From: Mobula hypostoma
Lineage: Eukaryota
Direction: 5' to 3'
DNA: 64,000 nt
Assembly (NCBI RefSeq): GCF_963921235.1
Contig: NC_086117.1
Location: 8,432,001-8,496,000 of the forward strand
Below are positions 38,401-50,500 of this stretch, in pieces. Under the pieces are notes generated by a model. The model made no database searches. It saw only the letters and a program-made list of their open reading frames with translations, and was not told the DNA's origin. Position numbers and translations under genes: made by a program. The first letter of the stretch is position 1, and each line of letters opens with the position of its first letter.

Positions 38401-38463
38401 GGGTCGCCGATCGTCACAGCAACGCCGGCGCAAGGCGAGGAGATTGCATGGAGCGGTGAAGGT
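38400..38463 (+). other. RABEPK: Probable non-coding first exon of RABEPK (start approximate)
   Basis: GC-rich segment downstream of CCAAT and GC boxes, ending in a consensus donor (GGT|GTAAGT, GT at 38464). The first coding exon has an acceptor at 41573, 15 nt before the ATG, so an upstream exon is required. Confidence 0.65.
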
Positions 38464-40920
38464 GTAAGTACCGCATAATAGGGGGAAAAAAACAGAACAG
38501 ATGTGGGAAATCTTGACCACACACAAGATGCTGGATATCGGACGGTATCTATGGTGGGGAATAAACAGGATTGAAAAGGAAGTGGGTAGAAAACAAAGAA
38601 AGAAGGTGGGGAGGGGGTGGTCCTCTTACCCCTTCTCTTCCCCTGCTCATCACCTCCCTCTGTTTTCCCACCGCCTTTTCTTTATTCCATGGTCTATTCT
38701 TCTATTGGATTCAGCTCTTTAGCTCTTCCACCTACCTCCTCCCAGCTTTTCACAACATTTTCCCTCACCTGGGCTTCCTGCTTACTTTTAAGCCAATTTC
38801 CTTCTAGTACCTATCACATGGTCAATTTTGGTTCCTGTCTTGATCTTAGCCACAAACAACCATTACAAGTCAGCTTTTTGTGGATGGATGGAACTCCTGG
38901 CCTTTCACTCCTGGATTCTGTATAAATTCTCCATCGTTAGGTAAGTTGTTCTTCTATCTGTATTAGAACTAGCCATTCCTGCATTCACTCAGTTGTGATT
39001 TCAGGCTCAGCTTTTCTCTCTTCATTACTATAACCAGTCCTGCCATCAGCAACACCTAACACAGGCAAAGGAGAATAGTCATTCTCCAACTGCGCCATTA
39101 ATACTATTAATGGTACCCATCACTCTCCAAATGACCCACTGGGCACATAACCACAGTTTTGCGATCAGCAACTCCTTATGCAGACAAAGGAGCATAATCA
39201 CTCTCTAGTATCTCCCTTAACCAATTTGACCTAGATCCCTTCTATTGTAGATAATTCCTTTGTCTCATCCATTCTTCTATCTTTTTCTCCTAGAATTACC
39301 TTTCTTTTATGTCTCCCAGTTCTGCCAGTGATCTCTGATCTGAAACTTTTAACAGCTGCTTAGCCTACTGAAAGTTTCCAGTATTTTATGTTTCTGTTTC
39401 AGATTTCCAATAACTACAATTTCTTTATTTTTCTTTTGAAGGAGAGGAGTTGCATTATTCCCTTGACCCGGTATTCATTGAGGGATCACTACAGAGAGGA
39501 ACAATTTTGATCAGGCATAGGGACGATCCTTCCACTGAATGGAAGAGGAACTAGGTGGTGTTGCACCAGATAACCTGTACAGAACTTCGTGTGATTAGGG
39601 CTACACTCCACCCACCTCTTTTGGAGTTTTCAGTAGGACCAGAAGATTTAGCAACAGAATGAGGCCATTGTGCTATTGAGTCTGCTCTGCATTCAACCAA
39701 GGCTTATAACTCTTTCTTAACGCAATTCTCAATGTTACCTTTAATGCCCTAACTAATCAAGAACCTATCAACTGTGGTTTAAATAGCTTGGCCTCCACAG
39801 TCGCCTGTGACAATGAATTCTACAGATTCATCACCCTCGGGCTAAAGAAATTCCTCCTCCTCTCTGTTCTGAAGTACAGCTATCTGTTGCAACCAGATTG
39901 AAAGTACATTGATTATCAAAGGATGTGTACAGAATATGACTCTCAGATGCGTCCTCCTGCAGGCAGCTATAAGCAAAAAAAAAAGCACTGTGGAACCTGC
40001 TCAAGAAAACACAAACGCACGAAAAATGAACAAATTGTGCAAATGGCAAAAAGCGAGTAAACAACACATAGAATATGAAATCTCAAACCAGCAGTATTCA
40101 GTTTAGTTCAGTTCAGTACCACTCTACTACTAGCCCGTACAGGCCACAATGCCATTCTTCACCAAAACAGCCCAGTCCACATCCATCGTCCCGATTAACC
40201 CGCTCAGACAACTTAAAAAAAAAGAGGAACCAGAATCCAGGAGCATGTGTGAAATATACCTCAAAGCCTCCCAAAATGAGTCCATGGCCTGGCAACGTGG
40301 ATCCCAAGACTCCTGCCCTTCCCTCCGACAGCAGCTAGCAAGAGGGAGAGGAAGATCGGTCAAACATAAGCAGACGGCGCTGAGCACCCACCTGTCCTTC
40401 GCTCTCGTCCTCATTGACTTTACCCTTGCTCAACAACTCAATTGGAGAGAGGCACCGGAGTCAATCATGGGCTTGTACCCTTGAAGCTTCAGTCAGAGAG
40501 AAGCAATGGAGTTGATCATGGGCTCCTGCTCTGTCTCCAGGCTTCCAGGCCACCAGGCCACACACACTCCACTCCAAACCTCATCAAACTCCCTCGGAGA
40601 TGGCAAAGAACCAGATCGCACAATCAGTCCAAAAAACACACCATCAAAATGTAAATTATAGGTTCCAATCACACACAGCGTAGTAGTAGAATCATATTTG
40701 AAAGAACAAGAAGTAAAATAAGTTGTTTCATGAACTGTCTGCAGGACATCACTGTTGCTCATGTCCACTGGCACTATCTTGACCACCCAGTGGCTATTCA
40801 CCACCCAAATTCATTTTCATCTCTGTTCTAAAGGGGAATCTATTTATTCTGAGGCGTTGTCCTCTGGTCCTAGGCTCTCCTCCCACTACTGGAAACATCC
40901 TCTCTGAGGTGGGGAAGGGC

Positions 40921-41133
40921 GAACGTCAACTCAGACCATGAGGGGCCTGCGTCGGGCATTTTCATGCCTTACAAGGCGCAGATTGGAAGTCTGTGTGGGG
41001 CGCCACTCCTCGCACAGACACTAGGGCAATGTGTGGTTAAGTGCCTTGCTCAAGGACACAAAAACGCTGCCTGCCACAGCTGAGGCTCGAACTAGATCAC
41101 TAGACGAACACCTTAACCACTTGGCCACGTGCC
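40921..41133 (-). mobile_element. tRNA-headed CORE-type SINE
   Basis: Minus strand GGCACGTGGCCAAGTGGTTAAG (A box) ... GTTCGAGCC (B box) ... GTGTCCTTGAGCAAGGCACTTAACC (CORE-like). Confidence 0.6.
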
Positions 41134-41588
41134 TAACGCTAAGATGATCCCCCAGTAAATATCAAGGGAATCATGCTGCCCCTCAACTTCAACTGTCTAT
41201 TCTATCCAGTACCCACTTTTTCTCTATTAATATTGCTAAGGTTGCTAGCTAGACGTTAGCACATTGGTATTTATGGGAGGTGGTTGAATGCAAATTGTTG
41301 TATATTTCCTACATTTCAATTCCAAAATAATCATTGGCTTTGAAGAACTCTTGAGGTTATGAAATGTGCAATAGAAGTGCACTTTTTAATGTCAGTGTGA
41401 TTTTGTTTTGAAGTACGAAGTATTGTAATAACACAGAAGTTTAGATCTCCAGTATGCTACATGATAGATGAATTTCAGTTTCACGTTTTAATCGATTTGG
41501 GAATTAATTATGAGACATTTTATACATGGAACACAAAAGGGTAATTGCCTACTGACTGCCCATTTTATTCCAGCTTTCTCAAGTGGTT

Positions 41589-44500
41589 ATGGGTTTGTTG
41601 CCTGTCTTGGAGCCAGAGGAAATTCCCCAAGAAGCAATATGGTAGGATCTCAGTGCATTTGTATTGTTTGACTATCAGTGTTCAGATTGTGATCAATTGG
41701 CTATGTGATCTAAATCATTTCAATGATGATAGGTTCTGGTTAATTGGTCCATTGGTTAATCGGGACAGCTGCTTATTTGGGACAACTCTTAGATAACGGG
41801 AAGTAATAAAGTAATTGAGAAAATAGCCAGGGTTCCTTTTGTTTACTTGGGACACTATGCTGCTGAACTGAGACAGGAGACTCTTGTCACACAGCTTCTA
41901 ATGAGCATCAGTCATGTGACCATTGAACAACTAGAGTGAACAGTTTTTAAATTATGTCATTTGCCTGTCTTTTGTGTTCAAAAAGCAATGGTATTTTGGC
42001 ACGAATGGTAAGAAATAAGCTGTAAGGCCACTGAGAGTTGTTTTGCTCACTGTGGTTTCAAGCACTCAGGCTTAGAGATGCCAGAAATAACCAGGAATGA
42101 AAATGAAACTGTTCCAAGTTAGGGACGATGAAGAATTTGAAGATATGAATAATCACCTTGAATGTGATAAGGAAAATGAAGATTTGGATGATGCAGTCAT
42201 CAAAAGTATTGTATGAAGGTTATCCATTATCTGCATGAGGTCTTTGTGCTAATTTTGTTGAATCAATTGAACATCCTCGTATCTGAGGATGATGGTGAAG
42301 CCTGTGCAGGAGAGTTTTTGAAGTGGAAAAACCGTTGCACTGGGACTGTTCCACTCTTTTGACTTGGGAAATCCAGGTCCAGTGGTACAAGTAGCCATCA
42401 CAAACTGGAGTCTTTCTTGGTTGCAGAGGATAATTATGGCTTATTTTGTGCCTTTTCATGCTCTTTCCTCTCTATGAGGCGTTGCAGAACCGACTTCTTG
42501 ACTCTCATTATTGATCTTATCTGCCCAGTCTGCCAGAGTTGACTTCACAAGCTAAGCAAACATGTCCCTAACTCATCGGTTTAGCTGATTTAGCTGATCA
42601 AAGCGGTATGGCCTTCAAAAGGGTGTGGCTGCTGTTGCATACAAACAGCTACTTTGAGCCACAGGTGAGAGTTGAGTGTTTGATGGGAACCCAAGGTGAG
42701 TGAGCTGCCCCAGAATGGATAGGACAAGCCCTTCCAGTCGTGGTGCTGCCCTTCCCTGGACACCCCATACATAACAGTGTACACTGCATGAACTCCTCCA
42801 CTGGTAGCTATTAGGAACTGATGACCAGTTTTGTAGCACTGTAATATCATTGGTAATGTTCTAATTTGTTCTGTATTTTATTTAAATACATGCATCATTA
42901 CTCAGTCTTTTTTAGCTCTTTCCTTGAAACCTTGGCTAATTGGGGCAGCCACATAAATGGGCCAAAATGAACTGGTCCTGATGTGTCCCAATTAACCAGA
43001 AACCACTGTATACCTAATCAGTATGTTCAGGTTCCAATTTATTGTCATTCAACCATACACGTGTACATAAACAAAAAAAAACACCTCAGGAATTAAGGTA
43101 CAAAACAGTATATGTATATATTACATATAGCACATAAAATAATAGCAGGTAAAAAGTATTTCTCTATTCTCTATGTACAAGTTTTAGAATTATATTTAAG
43201 TATTACAAAATATTTTGTAACAAAATATTTCCAAGGAAGCTACTGTAAGGTAATACAAATAAAAAGAATGAACTGCAACATACATCAAAGTTGCTGGTGA
43301 ACGCAGCAGGCCAAGCAGCATCTATAGGAAGAGGCGCAGTCGACGTTTCAGGCCGAGACCCTTCGTCAGGACTAACTGATTGGTTTCTCTTTTCTCTTGA
43401 AAAGAGGCTGAGGAATATAGAAAAGATAATGGAAGATTTTGATAAGGAAGGTAGAGAGAGAATGCTTATACAGTAGAAGGAAAAAACGTCCAGGTAAACT
43501 GTCCAGAATTTAATCTGACAAGGGTGACAAAATAAATTCCATTCTGCCTACCCCACTATTAGTTTTCAGTACTTATTTTGTTTTCTTTCTTGAATCTTCA
43601 CTTTGCACAATTCCACAAATTCAAGTCACCTTCTAATACCTCACCAAAGGGCCTATTATTAATGCTTCAGTAAAATTAATGCTTAAAGGTAAACAAAATG
43701 TTCTACCAGAGAGTCTGCCGTAGCCAAGAGCAATTCTTTTTTTTAACGTGGAATCCATCCATACCTCTGATTCCACAGATTCTGTAAATTATCAGGAATT
43801 ATATGGTCATTTGAAGTCATGGAGTCTGAATTCCCCATGCCAACCAAGTTACCTTCTTGAGCTCGTCCCATTTGCTTGTGTTTGACCCAGACACCTTTTC
43901 TACCCATGGACCTGTCTCAAATATTGTTATTTTACTTGTCTCTATCACTTACTCTGACAGCTCATTTCATGTACCCACTACCCTCTGTGTGAAAAATATT
44001 GTGACCACCTTGTATATTCTCCTAGCAATTATACACCTCTCTAGGCTGCCTCAGAGCCTCGTACACAACAGAGGAAAAATAGCCCAGCTTATCTAGTCTC
44101 TCCTTTATAGTTCAAGCCCTTTGGTTCTGGTATCATCGTTGGTGAATCTTTTCTGCACCCTTTCCAGCTTAATGACATAATTTCTATAGTGAGGTGGCTA
44201 AAGTTGCACACAGCATTCTAAATGAGGTCTCACCAATGACTTGTACAGTGGTAACATCATATCCTGATGCTCTTGATGGAAGAAGGCTAACGAGTCAAAA
44301 TCTTTCTTCACCATCCTGACTACCTGTTGTCAGCACTTTCAAGGAACTATGTATCCTGAGGTCATAAAACTCTGACTTCTGAAAACCATTAGATTTCAGT
44401 AGGAAAAGTTTGATCTTTATTATGAAGAATACTATTGATCAATTTGCTGATCATTAGTTTGAATGGATCAAATTTACATTTTTGTGATATTGGTGAATCT

Positions 44501-47500
44501 ACTGCATATTATCATAAGGAAAGACGTGAGCTTTATTTGTCACATGCATTGGAACATTGAGAGATACAATGAAATGCGTCATTTGCTTCAACGACCAATG
44601 CAGTGCGAGGATGTGCTGGGGGCAGCCTGCAAGTATCGCTATTTTTCCGGCACTGATGTAGCATAGCTACAACTTACTAACCTTAACACCTCCGTCTTTG
44701 GAATGTGGAAGGAAAAAAGCATCCAGAGTAAACCCAAGGGGTCATGAGGTGAACATACAAACTCCTTACAGACAGCAGTGGGAATTGAACCTGGGTCTCT
44801 GACACTGTAAAGCATTTTGCTAAGTGCTATGCTACTGTGCTGCCCCATTTCAAAGTATAAACATGCTCAGTTCTGTAGATTGAGCTACTTAAAGTGGATA
44901 GAAAGTAAAATACAAGCAATTTAGTAGAGAAGGCACAGGAAAGGATTCACACGCTGGAATGGAGCAACACACAGAAAGTGCTGGAGGAACTCAGAGGTCA
45001 GTCAGTATCTATGGAGGGAAATGAACAGTTGATGTTTTGGGACAGGAAATTTCCAACCTGATGGCATCAACAATAATTTCTCGAATTTCTGGTAACCACA
45101 CTCATCTGTACCCACCCTGCTTCTTTGTTTTCCCTTATCCCTTTTTCTCCTATTCCCTTTCTCATCACCTCCCCTGCCCATCACCCACACCTTCCTCCCT
45201 CCTCCGCCCACAGTCTACTGTCCTCTTCTATCCGATTCCTCTTTAGCCCTTTACGTCTTCCACCTATCGTCTCCCTGCTTCTCACATCATTCCCACTTCT
45301 TCCCCCAACTCCCCCGCCTGGATTCACCTGCCAACCACCAGCTTATTCTTCTCCTGCCTCCACCACCAATTTATTTGTCTTCTGACCTCTTCCTTTCCAT
45401 TCTCAATGAAGAATCTTGGCCTGAAAAATCAACTGCTCATTTCCCTCCATAGATGCTGCCTGACATGCTGGGATCCCCTACCATTTTTGTGTGTTAATCT
45501 AGAAGAGAAAATATTTGGTGCACTAAGTTTAACAATACATTAAAAAATAATCTTTAAAAGTTATAAGGTAGAATATTGATAGCCACCCTTTAAAAAAATA
45601 AGACAATTGCCCTGAGGATCTTTAAAAAAATTATCTTTGATTTAGAGAAAATGAATTAAAGTTCTTAGATGATTGTGCAGTAATGTTTGAATAATTCTTC
45701 CCACCCTTTTTTTTTAGGTATGCTCTTGTACCCAGCGGGGAGAGACCAGGTGTCCGTGTTGGTCACACACTCACATATATTCCAGATTCCTCTGGGAAAG
45801 GGAAGATTGTCATAGTTGGAGGAGCAAACCCTAATGGAAGTTTTTCTGATGCCCATATCTTAGAACTGGGTAACAACACATTTTTAATTATTTCATTGTC
45901 AAATTGAAATGTTCAATATCTCTCTGTCTAAGTAATCTTAAATAACAAATATTAGCTACTAAGCTTATCATTGAATGATTAAAAATGAAAATCAAACATA
46001 CTTAGACTGGTGCAAATTGGCAAGTTCCTTAGAACGTTCAATTAAGGTTCCTTGATGAAATTGTGTATCTCTGAAATCTTTGTGCTGACATCAATGGGTG
46101 CGTATCCATTTTCGTAATGTAGAATGTTTCTAACCTTTTCCAAACTGAATGCATTTATTGTAGACCCTTTATGCTCAGTGTTTATCTAATTTTTATAAAA
46201 TATAAGCCTAATTTCTTTAATATTTATTAAAATCTCTTTCAACTCCAACTCAGTAAGTTACCCTTGATTTTATTTTTTTCTAAGTAATTTTTAACTGTTT
46301 GAGATCTGGTAATGTAGTTCTGGTGTCATCTGCACATAAGTCCTGCGTTCTTGGTGTTTGCTTGAAACCTTATTGAGCAATCTCTGCCTCTAGTTTGTAA
46401 ACTCAGTATGGTAATTAATTATGGTAATTGAATTAATTTCCCTTTAAGATTATTTATATTTGCTGGTTTGCATCCGTTATTATATAGTATTTAATTTTGT
46501 TCCGTGTAAAACAGATAGACATGAATGGAACGTACCTGAATGGAAGGGGTTACTGCCACGTTATGAACATGCCAGCTTTGTTCCTGTGACCATACCTGCT
46601 GGCTTGTGGCTATTTGGTGGTGCGGATGAATGTGGAAACAGGAACTGTATCCAAGTTTTGAACTTTGGTAAAATAATTTAAGATCTGTTACCATTGGTCA
46701 TCTACAAATAACTGAAGCTTTATTAGTTTAAAGGTTTAATGGTTAGCTTTAGTTGTTACATGTACACCAAAATATTTAAACATACAGTAAATTGTTTCAT
46801 TTTTGAGTTAACAACCACTACAGCCCAAAGATGTACTGGGGGCTGCCTGCAAGTTTCACCAAGCTTCTGGCAGCAACATAGCATCCCCACAACTTACTAA
46901 CCCTAGCCAGTATATCTTGTGGGAGGAAACCCACAAGGTTACGGGGAGAACATACAAAGTACTTACTGGCAGGAGTGGAAATTGAACCCCGATCTTCGAT
47001 GGCTGATGGTAGAGCATTGTGCTAACCAATATGATACTGTGCCATCCTTCGTCGTAATGTCTAAGTTCCTATTTGATTAGCACATGAATTAATAGACCAG
47101 AATTGGCTATCAAAGAAACAGTGAACTTATTGCTGGTATTAGTTCGTTTTTGGTGAGATGACACTCCCAGATTTAGAACTCACAAGAAATTAATGGTTAA
47201 TTTACATTGCTTTCTCACCAGCCTTGCACAGATATAGTCAGTATCAATCAACCAAGTGTTTCAAGATATTACTGCTAAAAATAATTAAACAGTGCAAAAA
47301 TTTGGGAGTACTAAAGAACTTTTAATAATGATATTCCTGCAATGTCTCCCAAACCAAATAAGAAAAGGAAGAAAACATGGCATTTAGTTGCAGGTAGTAA
47401 ATTGTTCAGGGTAGTTTTCCATGTTTACTTTTTATTCTCTTTGTACTTATTTCAATCTATCCTTTGTCTCCATGCCTCCACCTAATCTGAAACAAGAGAA

Positions 47501-50500
47501 TGTCTGTAGATGCTGGAAATCCAAGCAACACACACAAAATGCTGGAGGAACTCAGCAGGTCAGGCAACGTCCTATGGAAAAGAGTACTGTACAGTTGACG
47601 TTTTGCACCAGAACCCTTCGGCAGGACTGGAGGAAAAAGGCTGGGGAGGAGATTTAAAAGGTGGGGGGAGGAGAGGGAAACACAAGGTGATGGATGAAAC
47701 CTGAAGGGGGAGGGATTTACCCCATCACTTGCTTCATTGTTCCTCTGCGTCTTTCTCTGCCCCAAAAGCCCATGGTTAAACTGCTGTCATTTACCAAGGT
47801 CCCAAGTGTTCTGTTTATCTCACATCATCTTCCAACGTTTTATAATACAGGATCGTTTTATACAGGAAATGTGGAAGGAATTCAAGTAGGGTACTCTGAA
47901 AGATGGGTGGCGGAGTAGAGACACGTCTCTACCATAGGAGGTGTAAGGTGCTCCTTCAGTTAGGCCTGCAGGTCACCCTTGGAAATGTAGAGCACCTACT
48001 TAGCACCCCCACCTGCTACCTGTCTTGTAAAGACACTGCCCTGAAGAAGGCAATAGCAAACCACTTCTGCTGGAAAAAGTTGCCCAGACAATCATGTTCA
48101 CCCATGTTGTACAACACGGCACATAATGATTATGATGACTCTGTAAAGAGCTGTGCTCCAGCAAGATCTTGACTATTGTTTTGTAACTCCTTAAATTTTT
48201 ATTTAGGATAAATTAGTTTGTTATGACAAAACAAATAATGTACTAAAGGAACACACATCAAAGTTGCTGATGAACGCAGCAGGCCAGGCAGCATCTCTAG
48301 GAAGAGGTACAGTCGATGTTTCAGGCCGAGACCCTTCGTCAGGACTAACTGAAAGAAGAGCTAGTAAGAGATTTGAAAGTGGGAGGGGGAGGGGGAGATC
48401 CAAAATGATAGGAGAAGACAGGAGGGAGAGGGATGGAGCCAAGAGCTGGACAGGTGATTGGCAAAAGGGATATGAGAGGATCATGGGACAGGAGGCCCAG
48501 GGAGAAGGAAAAGGGGGAGAGGGGGAAAAACCCAGAGGATGGGCACGGGGTATAGTGAGAGGGACAGAGGGAGAAAAAGAAGAGAGAGAGAAAGAATGTG
48601 TGTATATAAATAACTAACGGATGGGGTACGAGGGGGAGTTGGGGCATTAGCGGAAGTTTGAGAAGTCAATGTTCATGCCATCAGGTCGGAGGCTACCCAG
48701 ACGGAATATAAGGTGTTGTTCCTCCAACCTGAGTGTGGCTTCATCTTTATAGTAGAGGAGACGGTGGATAGATATATCAGAACACAGCAAGTCAGGCTGC
48801 ATCTATGGAGAGGAATGAATTGCTCAACTTTCAGCCTGAGATCCTTCATCAGGACTGGAAAGGAAGGAGGAAGAAGCCAGAATGAAAAGGTGGGGGGGAG
48901 GAGGAAGCAGTGTAAGATTGTAGGTGATATGTGAATCCAGGTGAGTGGAAGGGTTTTGAATGCTTACTCCTCTTCATAGATGCTGCCTGACTTGCTGAGT
49001 TTCTCCAGCATTTTGTTTGTTGCTCTGGATTTCCAGGATCTGCGGAATCTCTTGTGTTTAAAATGTACTAAAGCTAAATAATTTGCAGAAAATTTTACCT
49101 GAAGAATTACCAGAACAGAGTGCCAGTTTGTTATTGGTCAAATAACAAATAATATGACTATTGTTCTGTTGATTAAACCAGAAACTGGGGAGTGGAGAAA
49201 CCCAGCAGTAAATGGAACACCACCGACACCGAGAACGTGCCACAGTTCCACTGCAGCTATTGGAGATTGCCTCTTTGCTTTTGGTGGAGGAGACAAGGGA
49301 GCGGAGCCTGTACAAGATACACAACTCCATGCTTTTGATAAAGGTAGAAGTAAACAGATCCCCAAGTATAAGATTGTAAGTACTGTGATCACTCAAGTGA
49401 AAATTATGTTCTCCTAGCGGGTTGTCTGTTGGTGGGTCTTCTGATGGCTATAGAGGCTGATCCAAGATCCACATCTCCAGACCTCACAATCCTGCACCCT
49501 TTTGAACTTAATCCGGGACGTTGGGGTGCATTCCCTTAATGAAGAACGCTTGTCCGTGACTTTGTTTAACTTAGGGAGGCTGATGCATGAGAAGCCACTA
49601 CATGGTCTTTGAGAAGTCAGGGTCAGGATCCAATAATACAGAATGCAAGACAACAAAAAAAATTATATAAGAGAAAATCAAACTAAAAGCTGAAAATGCT
49701 AGAAATCTAAAATAATAAAACATTTATGTAATCTTACGAAAAGGCACTTTTCAAAATGTCAGTGATCAGAAAAGAGGAAATGTAGCTCATGGGAAGTAAA
49801 CAAATATTAAATCAAGAAGCATGTTGTACAATGATACCATACTTCTTGAAGGTTGCAGAACATAGTGGCTTTGGAAGATAGTGAGTTCAGAGGGTTGTGC
49901 ATCTTGGTTGGGTTGGAAGTATAAGAGAGGTACATTGCACAGAAATTCAGTCTCACTAGAATAGAGGGTGCAAGCTGAGGTGGAGCTGGATAAGATTGTG
50001 GAAGTTCGGTGGAACAAGGCTAAGGATGCAGGTTTTGAATTCAAAAGGAAAGCTTAAAATACCTAGCAAGTAGGTCGGAATCTGTAGAAAGAGAAACATC
50101 GGGAAGGATTGGTGTGTAACTTTACAAGTTATTTACAATGTTTTAAATAGTATCACTCACTTTCAATGAATCATCCTGTAAATGAAGCAATTGTTGTTTC
50201 CTAAAGAAGCACAATAGATAACTTCTCTACAGGGTTTTATAAATTATATGTGTTCTCACTTCTGTCAATGAGCACTCCTTCAATAATATTGAGTGTCATA
50301 TCATAATATCAGATCTTGAGGTTGTACTTGAACTCATGGACCTCTGACACAGTGCCAGACTGATAGTATGGATCAAAACTGGTCACTCCTTCAATAGATT
50401 TTGCTTCCAAAAATCTGCAGCTACTGATTGAACTAGCTGCTGGATTATACTATAAAAGTTGTTGATGTATCTGTCAAGATGGAATTGTCCAGCATTTGTT

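Noticed and set aside
37819-38478. Several overlapping ORFs at the PPP6C/RABEPK promoter
   Set aside because: Expected by-product of high GC content; only the 25-codon PPP6C exon is supported.
40921-41133. tRNA gene
   Set aside because: A and B boxes are present but there is no full cloverleaf, and the sequence continues into a CORE-like SINE body.
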